A DNA stretch of 64,000 nt, taken from contig JAQFVV010000001.1 of NCBI GenBank assembly GCA_028023455.1, forward strand, positions 33,232,001-33,296,000. Direction: 5' to 3'. Source of the stretch: Epiperipatus broadwayi. Taxonomy: Eukaryota; Animalia; Onychophora. This document shows positions 54,020 to 64,000 of this stretch, one piece after another. Below the pieces are notes generated by a model that was not told the origin of the DNA, ran no database searches, and saw only the letters and a list, made by a program, of their open reading frames with translations. The position numbers and the translations under genes are program-made. Within the stretch, counting starts at the first letter, position 1. Each line of letters begins with the position of its first letter.

Positions 54020-54780
54020 ATTTTTAGCAGATTTAGTAATTCATTTAATTTTAAATTTATAATTAGAAGGATATGAAAGAAATATCAATGTTACATAATT
54101 ATACATGTGAAAACTTGTGGCTGGAAGGAAAACTATCTAAAAATTTAGATGTAGAGGATTTAAAAATTATAAGAATTTTTGTAGATTGAGAAATTTTGTG
54201 TAGGTTTGATAATGAATTATGTAATATTTACAAAGATTTTAGAAAAATAAAAAGTTTTGAGTCAATTTTGAAAAATTGTAATTGTTATAATTGAAAATTA
54301 TCCAAATTTTATTTGTATTTTCAAAATAAATTTAAATTTTCAGTTTGATTCATATATTAAATTTAAAATAAATGCATCAAAGTGAAAATGAAAATTTTAA
54401 TGTGAATGATTAATGACTTGAATGTTGAAGAGATCTATAATTTTTTATTTTATTAAGTTTCAGTATAATGACTTGAATGTTGGAGAGATCTATAATAAGT
54501 TTTTATTTTATTAAGTTTCAATATACTTAGATAAGATTTTATTGTAAATTAAAATTGTAAAAAAAAAAAGTTAACCACTCAAAATTTGGAAATTTCCATT
54601 GTTTGAAAGATGTTAAAATGACAACCAAATATGGGCAAAATTGGATCCACAAAAATACATAAGAATATTAAAATTTTTATGATTTGATTTGTATTGGAAC
54701 TCTTTTGTCCATATTTAATCAGTATTTTGCAAATAGTATTATAAATTTCAGAAAGTTCAATGACTAATTTATTTCACAAA
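54020..54780 (+). mobile_element. hAT transposase remnant
   Basis: ADLVIHL.LNL.LEG...NI...KL.W matches the hAT FL.DI..HLN.LNL.LQG motif; heavily decayed. Confidence 0.4.
54412..54524. repeat. Tandem duplication, 2 x about 55-58 bp
   Basis: aatgacttgaatgttg(a/g)agagatctataat...ttttattaagtttca(g/a)tat occurs twice. Confidence 0.9.
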
Positions 54781-55639
54781 TTAAGGTTTTGTATGAAAGT
54801 GAATCGCACTGATTTACTTTTGATAAAAAAATAATAATAAAAAAAAAATTAAAAATTTGTAATTTAATTAGAAAATTATAAATAATACATTCATTAACTA
54901 TTTACCTGTATGTCTGACTATCTTTCAGAGCTTAATTAATTTTGTGAAAAGTAAACTAAGACTAATTTTACAAACTTTAATTATTATATGTGAGGCTTTC
55001 ATGTTGACTAGAGTTTGCAACATAGTTAAACTTCTTTAAGCATAATTTTTATCAATATTAATTTTAAGTCTAACTAAACAAAAACATGTTAAAAGGCAAA
55101 CAAATTTATTTAAAGAAATAAAAAAATGCTGTATCTTTTTATGTTAGCTAGAATTTTATTTTTTATTTATTTACCATAATGTAATTTTAAATTCTTTAAA
55201 AACATAAATATAAAAATAAAATTTGAATATTAAACAAAAATAAAAGCAACTTAAACAAACAAAAATAAAATTACTTTCATAATCTTTTCTGTTTACAAAT
55301 TTTCGTCATCGAGTTACAAAAATGAAAAATAAAATATATCTTTATTACTAATCTATTGGAAACATTTATTGTAAAATTACAGTAGCAATATTGGCTTACA
55401 CATTGTTCAAATAGCATTTCGAGTCACTTCATGACAGACAAAAAATTGATATATTACCACTCTGAATCCCGGAATCGATTGAGAAAGATTAAGTTCTATA
55501 CATCTCAGTTTTAAACACTGAATCAGTCAAATTTTTTTAAATGAAAGTAGTGATGTGTATGCTCCCCCCCCCTCCAAAGTTTAAAAAGTCAATTTACAAT
55601 TTTGTCAGACTCTTAGATAATGATAGCAGCTATTTTGTT

Positions 55640-56560
55640 ATGGCTAAAAAATGCGATCAAATGCTTTCTTTATGTAATAGAATGAAAATCAAATTTACTT
55701 TTAAAGGGGAAAAACATCGTATTCAAGGGTCAACTGATCATTCATTAAGGATAAATTGTCCAAGAGATTTTGAGAAAAGTAAAGCAAATTATAATTTCTA
55801 TAATTTGTGCTCATAAAAAGGCACAAATTTGTCATTGGAATCCAGAAGTATTGGAGAATGGATGATCTTAACATTGTTTCTGAATGCTCAGAGTCTATAT
55901 ATAAAGATGTTAGTCAATAATCTACTGAAAAGTATCACAAGCCATTTGTTTGAATAGGAAATGGTATAAAAGAAATTGTAAAATTTAGAAAAATCATCAA
56001 AACTGTAGAAGCTACTTTTGCTAATAACACTGCCATCATATTTTCTCCCAAAATTAAAATATAAATTCAATAATTGATTAAAATGATACCTTCTGAAACA
56101 AGTATTTAATTGCAATGAAACCAGGTTGTTTTGAAGAATACAGGTATAAAATATAGATTCACAAAATAATCTAACAGGATAAATTATTAGCTTTGATGCT
56201 TTGTAAGCAATGCTGCAGGTTATATAATAAAATGTATTGGGAGTTATTTATATTTAAAACCTAATCAGAAGACAAAGGAAAAAACCCACTAGTATGACAT
56301 AAAAATTTAGCAAAGTTTTCCAGATTTTATATAAAATTTTTCATTTCATTGTTTTAAAAAAATCAGTGTAGGGGAAAAAATAACTAACATAACCTCATTT
56401 AATTGCTTTAAAATTTACAATTCATGTTCTTGAAGTACAGTTGAAGCAGCTGGTTCTTATGACACAACAAGAATAAAGGATAAAGTAATTTTTATTTGGG
56501 GAGTGATTATATTATAGACTACTTCCATTATCTGATAATAATTGTTAAATGTCTTGAATA
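55640..56560 (+). mobile_element. Tigger/pogo transposase remnant
   Basis: QSLYKD, YLLKQVFNCNETRLF (QVFN.DETGLFW motif), MLC.SNAAG. Confidence 0.6.
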
Positions 56561-57088
56561 AAATTCAATCTATCATTTAAACTTTTCAAATTCATAACTG
56601 ATGACTGTTAGTAATAGCATGCAATGTTATTGAAAAGTTTAAATAAAGTTGAATTTTTCTAGAAATCTAACAATATTAGATGATGGAAATAGTCCAAAAT
56701 ATAATTACAACTAAAGTATCATGTACTTTTAATCAAACACAATATAAAACTTTTTTATTACTGCATTTTTGCAATCAATTTTTCTTTTTTTTTTTTAAAT
56801 TACTGATATCTTAATATTGTACTGTAATTTTTAAATTAAATTGTATTGTAGATATTTGTGTTGTATACATATGTCAATAAGTCTGTGTGGTATATAATTT
56901 AATGTTGAAAGGTATAGTATAGTGGCATATCATATAGCATTTATTTCTTTCCATAAAGTATCATCTACTGGAGTATTGGAATCACATGTAAATGGTTTTA
57001 TTCTTCAAGTCTAAATTTTTGTTTATTTTTTTCATTTATTGATTTTTAATAAATTGATTTTTACAGTATTGTATCCTAAAAACAAATA

Positions 57089-58073
57089 TACCTAGATCTC
57101 GTTTTATGTGGTATTTAGGTTTCTCAGAAACTGCGCACAAAAGAAATCACACAAAATTAGATGTGTAACTTACCTTGAAAAATGGGGGATTTGTTCCAGT
57201 AATTTTCAGAAATCGTATATAAGCGAAGCAACAAGGAAAAATTACTTTAAAATTCACATTAAAAAAAACAAGGAAATAAAGTACGACTAATAAAAAATTT
57301 CAAATATTTGAAAAAAAAAAATACAAGACAAACTTTTTTTATTAACTAAAGTATTTAATTTTACATTTTTTCATACATATTTTAATCATTACTGCTATTT
57401 GAGAATATGTGTTTGTTTGTGAATCAGATCTGTGATATGATATACAACTAGTGCCACTTTCAGTCTTGTGCTGTGTTAATGGTTTTTGTTTTTATATTAA
57501 AAAAATGAGATCGCAATCAAAACAAAAAGATTATACATTATCATTAGAAAGATTATTTTCAGTTTAAAAAATCAATAAAATCTTCGTCATTTATTTAAAT
57601 AACCTAAAATTTTTTTTATTTCTGTTATATCTAACAAAATACAAGCATTGTTAGCCAAGAGGTCATCGCAGCTGCCTTGCAAGCAAGTAGTTGGTTGCAG
57701 ACGGTTGTGGGTTCGCCTCCCGGACGATGCTATGACATATGAAAAAAAAAAAAAGTTTAAAATTTTTGAATATTTATTGCGATATTTTTATACATACGCA
57801 TAAATCTATTATTATTTACTCATTAGTATAAGTAGGTTATTTACATAGAAGCTAAGATTCTAAATACAGTTTCAGGCCATATTCACGTTAGCTGCTAATA
57901 TAATGTTATATTTTTGAAAAAAAAAAGTATTTAAAGTCAAAATAAGTTATTAATAATTTAAATTTATTGATATCTAATAAATGTAGTGAAATATGAAAGA
58001 TATTAAGAAGAAACATGAATCGCATAACTTCAAAATCACATTAAAATAATCTACATAAAATGAGACCCAGGTA
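57089..58073 (-). mobile_element. Tigger-derived non-autonomous element, copy 3 (most decayed; hosts SINE copy 2)
   Basis: TA TSD; TIR TACCT(A/G)G(A/G)TCTC; collinear with copy 2. Confidence 0.85.
57645..57754 (+). mobile_element. tRNA-derived short SINE with A-tail, copy 2
   Basis: About 85-90% similar to 41510-41617 by eye; A box TAGCCAAGAGG, B box GGTTCGCCTCC, A13 tail; no clear TSD. Confidence 0.85.
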
Positions 58074-59239
58074 TAAATACATTTAATGATTATGACATGG
58101 AAGGAAGTGTATGCTTGAAGTACTACAACCCATGTTGTTTTCTAATATTTTTACATTTTGACATGCAAGAAGTTTTTGATGTGTCATGTGGTCTTTTTTT
58201 GGTAGGATTTTTAAAAATTGTATTTAAAGAATAAAATTTGTGTGAATGGTTAATGCTTTGCATTTTAGAATTTTGTAGCAATTTTATAGAAGAAATTGAT
58301 TTAAATATTAAGTAATAATTTTGGCACACATGGTATGTATATATATATATTCATTTAAGTCTTAACAATTATTTTTTCTGTCATAGAAAAAAAATACTTT
58401 AAAAAAATCCTTTTAAACAATTACTTATTTAAAGATATATACAAATCTTGTCGGAAACTGTTTTTTTTAAAAAGTATATTAGTAATGGTATAAACGGGAT
58501 GAATAGGAGTGTAATGCCCAAGAAAAAGACTGTACCGAAACCAAATTGAATTCAAATTTACAAAGAAAATTAAAGCGAGTTAAATGATAAAACTTTATTA
58601 TATGCTTTAGTTTTAAGTCCCTAATCTATACCATTACAACTTTAAAATAGATTGAATAATAAAGAATGCTAGCTCTTATGGATATAATATAAATTTAGAA
58701 TAATGAATTAAATATTATCTAAGGTGCATATGAAAGAATAATGTTAAACCATATGCTAGTTAATGTTCATTTATCCATATCCTTTCAAAAACGATGTATA
58801 GTTATTGCTTTTTAATTAAAGTAATTAAAACTCAGTTCTTCTGATTCAATAAATAATGATAATTTATTTGTATTAAGTCATAATAAATAATATGAAATTA
58901 ATGACACCCTGAAGAAATAAGACTCGGTGTGTAATAATTATATAAATGTTTATACCTATGATGATGTTAATCAACAGACTTGTTTTCAGAGCCAGAGGAA
59001 AATATGTATCTTTGTTAATTGTATCAAAGGAATACAAAATTTATAAAGAATTTTTAACTTAATATGATTTATTACTAATGCGATATTAAAATCTAAATAA
59101 GTTACTTAGGCAACATTTAATTAATAGTTATTTATAATTTTGACTGTGTTATTTTTCTCTAATTATATATATGTTTACTCCTGTATACTTTAGCAAACAA
59201 GCATATATATTAATCAAACTTTCCCACTCATATATAAGA

Positions 59240-62200
59240 TTTTTTTTTTTTTTTTTCAAAAATATATATTAAATATGTGTACAAATGAAAAAGGATGTAT
59301 ACAAAGTTAAGTGAGGTTATGTTATGTCCTGAGAGTTCTTGTTAAATGGTTTAGTGTGCGGCATGTCTAACGTTCTATTGTTATCAACTGGGAGGGTGAA
59401 TAGGGCCCAGGGGTCTTCCTCAAAGGGTTTTTTTGAGATGAGCTCATCTCTTTTCATGATCTTTATTGTTTTTCTGAACAACGATCCTGAATCTAGACAG
59501 TAGTTCCATTATCAGCCTGCAATGCACTATCCAAATTGCGTAGAGGATGAAAGTGGACAGTCTAATAAATTGTGAATGTTCCGGTATGGATCGCTTTTTA
59601 AGCGAGACAATCAGATCCGGTTTGATATTGGAGTTGGCGGAGACTATATCTCTGACAGTTTTAAGGTTTGGATAATGATATGTGAAGTGTTCAATGGTCT
59701 CCTCTTCATGTGAGCATAAACTGCAGAATGGATCAATGTTGGAGTTTCCTCTTCAATAAAACAGGAACCAGTTTGTAGGAAGCATGCTGAGATTAATTTT
59801 GATGATGAAGTCCAGATACTTGGGCTCCAGACACCATCTTTTAAAATAGGTGATTAATTTTTGATTTGTGAGGTTGAGGCTACTTTCGGGAAGTTGTGAG
59901 TGTAGGCTGATTAGTTGGTACGCATCCCATAAAGTGATCTTAACATCAAGGTTGATGTCTGTAATTGGCTTGTAGTATTGATTTAGATGATTGATGAGGG
60001 ATGATATCCATGACATTTTTCTTGGTGGGGGTTAATCTGTTAGGGTGATCTGTTCAGTAATGTTGTTATTGTCAAAGGAATGTGTTAAGTTATGCAGCGT
60101 ATTGCGAGTTTTTTGGAGTATGGCTGTTTGAATAGAGTGGAAGGACAGATCATTGAACTTCCATGATAGTTGGATTCACCGGAGGCTGATAGCCATAGTT
60201 TTCCCTCTCCAGAAGAGTTTGGTGCATAGGTGATTAATTTTGTTTTGAAACTGTTTGGTTAGTTTGATGAAAGGCAGGTAGTATGTAATTTTAGGTAATA
60301 TTGTCATATTTAAGAGCCCTACTTTTTCATATAGTGAGAGGTAGACACGAGAGAGATGAGATCATAAGTTATGTTTTTTGGAGGATACCATACTGTATTT
60401 TTCTGGCCATTGCGCTTGGGGATTTGAAGATAGAAACCCCCTGGGGATTTGGAGATAGAAATCCCCAAGAATCTTTGCGGCTTTGGTGGAATAGGGAGAT
60501 GGTATTTTCTTTTCTGACTATTTGCCAGATAGCTGATTTATTAGGGTTTATTTGTAAAATTGTATTTTGCAGAGTACCAATTTAAAATGGATTGTAGTTG
60601 GTGAAGGAGTTTGATGGTGGATAGAACAACCATGATGTTATCTGTGATAGAAGGAACGAAAACGCCCAGATTTTTTTCAGTATCCATCAGGAGAGGGTTT
60701 ATGTATGTTATGAAGCATAGGACACTGAGGGGGGAGCCCCGTGGGAGAGATTTAAATCTGAATAATCATGACTGGGACATCATACTTTGCCAGCAGATTC
60801 AGGAGGATGTCTGTGAACTGAATCGAAGGCCGCAGCGATATCCAGCTGGACAGCAATGGGTTTAAATTTTTTTTGTACTCTGATATAGGATATAGTCAAT
60901 AAGAGCAGTAACGTTAGCCATAGCATGTAAGGTGGAAGAATCTTCTTTTCCCATATTGATTAGGAGAATTATGTTTGAGGACTATTAAGTTGAATTTGAT
61001 CCTTGATGACTGGATCATGGAGAAAACAAATGACAAGAGCGCATCCAGATAGAGATCGGCTATATTTCTGTGTCCTGCAACTAGGAGTTCAATCATTTTA
61101 CCATGATTTGAACTGGCTTATATGATTTAGAAGGAATTTAGGGATGCCGTGCAGTCCTGGATAAATGCTATCTGGCAGGGACATAAGTTGTATTTTGAAG
61201 TAGGTCTTCCTTGATGTTGTACTTGCCCGGGTCCCATGCTTCTATACAGTCTGGTTCGGAAAGAGAATTATCTGCTTGCATGAGTTGTTGATAGTGCTGA
61301 CTGATGAGTAACATCATAGGATAACCTTCAAGTGTAATCCTATCACTGGTAATTGATGATGGAGTAACTTGTCTATTTGCTCCTAGTGCATACCTGAAGG
61401 TACCCTTTTGTCCAGCAATGTTGTTGAGTCAAGAATTTGGATCTCCTGATGGATAAGTATTTTATGAGTGAGTGACTTGTTTAATACGGTAAAGGTTTTA
61501 AAATGATATGATGTCTTCTATATTGGAATGATTCTGTTGCAGCATTTGTAATTGGTTTTCGATATCTTAGTTGAGCCTTTAATTTTCCTGATGTGATGAT
61601 TTAGAATGGATTAGAGCAGTGTTCTTCAACCCTTGATCCGCGGCCCGGCACTGGGCCGCAGAACTTTTCTGCAGGTCCGTATGCTAGATGGGCAGTAAAA
61701 AGTTTGTAATAATAAATAATAAGAGTTTAAACTTTTAATTAATATAGCCAATTTTTATTTATTTTTTCATCTCATTTTTACCCAATTAAAAAAAAAAGAA
61801 AACAGAACTAAAACAAAATCTAATCAATCATTCATAAATTAATTTGTTTTTCTAGTTATCACGGATGTTTATGGGGGGGGGGGAGAATTAAATTTTTTAT
61901 TACTTTTCTAAAAAAATTAAAAAAAAAGTTTTTTATTATATAAACTCCATATATATATATATATAAAACTTTATTTTATATATTTAACATTGTTGTTTTG
62001 ATCAGTTATAACAATTATGCTTATCTTTAAAAAAAATTATATATAGACTTCTGCCGGTCTGTGAAATCTTATCCTTATTTTTGCTGGTCCGCGGAACCTT
62101 ATCCTTATTTTTACCGGTCCGCAGGTGTGTAAAGGTTGAAGACCACTGGTGGAAGGGAAAGGATGTTGATCTTTTGGAAATAGATATAGGCCTCAGAAAC

Positions 62201-64000
62201 TATGGCTTTTGTCATGCTGGACTTTGTCACCATACACATAGTTTTGCCAGGTCCCTCTGTGGATAATGGAGTCGCAATAGTTTCCAGCCAGATGGATAAC
62301 TAGAACCATGCGGTCTGAAGAAACAGGAACTAAAGATGCATCAATGTGAAAATGAAGGTCTGGTGTATAGTATATCAGGCATCTTCGAGTTCGGGTATAA
62401 AAGGAGAAGGCACCCGGGGGAAAGAAGCCCTCTCCGCACATCACTCTTTGGGTTATATGATGGATGAATCTAGTGTTGCAGTTTCTGTATGTGGTATTAA
62501 AATCTCCCAAAAGTATTATGGGACTGGTTCTGTTGATGATGGCATTTAGCATATGGATTATATTGTAGTATTGAGTTGTCATTCGCCATGTACATGTAGG
62601 CAATAATAGTAGGGTAACCCCAGTAATCAACCTCAGTGATAACAATGTTGGCGTCTAAACCATAGAAGATTAAAACAATTGGGGGGTATTGCATTATTAA
62701 CCAGGATGCAAACTCCTCCTGAGAGCCAATGGAAAATTTGGAATAACCAGATGATGAAAGCTGTGCTAAGATTTTTGTGATCGGTGTTCATATGATTAGG
62801 GCGGAGAGTTGAGAGAAATTCAGTTTTTAATAGCGTAGGCTCTACTTAATGGGTTGATGCCGTGAATGTTGACTCCAGTGATTTTAAAGTTCATAACAAT
62901 TAATTTAATGGCTCCTCGATTAACAGCTCTGAGTCAGTGGACGAAGGTTCCCAGCTAATGTCGTTTAGATCTTCTTGAGCATCCACTTTCTCAGAGGGCA
63001 CCCGAGAAAGAGAGGAAAGAATTGTTAGAAATTTTTTTTGGCAGTCGTCTGATATTGAGACCAGGGGGGGGTGTAATTTGTCTGTGTATCTTCCAATGAT
63101 TCCAGGGGACTGGAGGTTGGAGAGCCCAAAGATTTTTTCTTTTCAGAAGTTTTGGGATGCTTAGCTAGGGCTAGGTCTGTTGTTTGGTTGTTGGAGGAAG
63201 GTTTAAATCATTTGTTGAGCATTCTCTTCCTCTGAACTGGATTTGTTTGGGAGGACTGACTTCCTTTTGTTTATCTTGTTAGCTTGATTTGCGATTGCAG
63301 ATGTTTCTATGATTGATATGGATTTGAGTTTTTCTTTTTTTTGGTTTTTTGGCTGTTTAACTTTTTTGCGGGTTGTTTTCCTTGAACTCTGGACAGTGTT
63401 CTGGTAGCGGGGACAGTTGGCCATCCTGAGATTTACTGCCCCTCAGGCAGTTTACTTTTGCACTTTTTTTTATGTGTATGATTTTGCAGGGACAATGTTT
63501 TATGAGTATTCTGCTGATTGCTTTTCCTGCCTTTTTTGACACTGAAGGTACCAGTGGACTTAACTCTATATCTAGGTCAGTTTTATTAAGATGAGTGACG
63601 GCCTTGGGAATTTCTTGTAAGAGATTCTGGTCAACAATATCACCATCGAGGTTTGTATCAACTTCTATTTCTATTCGTTCTTGAGTAATATTGGTTTGTG
63701 AGGTTGTATTGGTGATTGTTGTTTGGTGTCTTCAGGTTTGGATTTTTTATTGAGGTTTGAGAGATATAGCGCTGGGTAAAGTTGTTGTCTGAGGTAAGAT
63801 TAGGTGTTTTGTTTGCTTATTGCAAATTGGAGTGAGCCTTGGATTGCTAGATTTTTCACTGCGGTGATGTTTTCTTTTTAAGGCCACGATAGTTGCATAT
63901 TCGAGCCATGCAAACTTTTATGAGATGTGATCTTTGGAGGCAGAAGGAGCATTGGGACTGTACCCCTCAAAATGGATAATGTTCGGGATGTCAGTGGGGG
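59240..64000 (-). mobile_element. L1/Tx1-like copy 3, most complete (ORF1 remnant, APE, RT, C-terminal Cys/His domain, poly-A); runs off the window
   Basis: A17 tail at 59240-59256; CSLCSHEEETIEH; RWCLEPK; RFLGIS; PIAVQLDIAAAFDSV; APE IILLGDFN; Cys/His-containing, Lys-rich ORF1-like sequence at 63200-64000. Confidence 0.88.
61617..62148. mobile_element. hAT (Charlie-like) MITE family B inserted in Tx1-like copy 3
   Basis: TIR CAGTGTTCTTCAACC / GGTTGAAGACCACTG; the 8-bp flanks (gattagag / gtggaagg) do not match. Confidence 0.85.

Noticed and set aside
57645-57730. Functional tRNA gene (including a Sec-like or 8/4 tRNA)
   Set aside because: The D and anticodon stems are mismatched, and the A-tail, TSD in the sister copy and nesting within a MITE indicate a retroposed SINE.
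60301-62549. Several + strand ORFs (60301, 60611, 62081, 62346)
   Set aside because: They are antisense to Tx1-like ORF2 or inside a MITE, and show no independent protein features.

Overview
This window is very AT-rich (about 25-30% GC by eye) animal DNA, probably from an arthropod. It reads as intergenic or deep-intronic sequence made mostly of decayed transposable elements. I could not support any intact host gene, rRNA, functional tRNA or CRISPR array. Recognisable elements include three L1/Tx1-like LINEs, three RTE-type LINEs plus one nested 3' fragment, a Gypsy pol remnant, and piggyBac, mariner, Tigger, Harbinger and hAT remnants. There are also two hAT MITE families, a Tigger-derived MITE family in three copies, and a short tRNA-derived SINE in two copies. 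The most interesting signal is a set of fold-back (inverted) Penelope-like elements carrying minimal type I hammerhead ribozyme motifs. One of these (26980-27021) keeps a complete catalytic core, and its partner arm shows stem differences that preserve pairing. Most ORFs in the supplied track are TE fragments or antisense artefacts. Coordinates of decayed elements are approximate (tens to about 100 bp); termini with TIR/TSD evidence and ribozyme motifs were indexed base by base.
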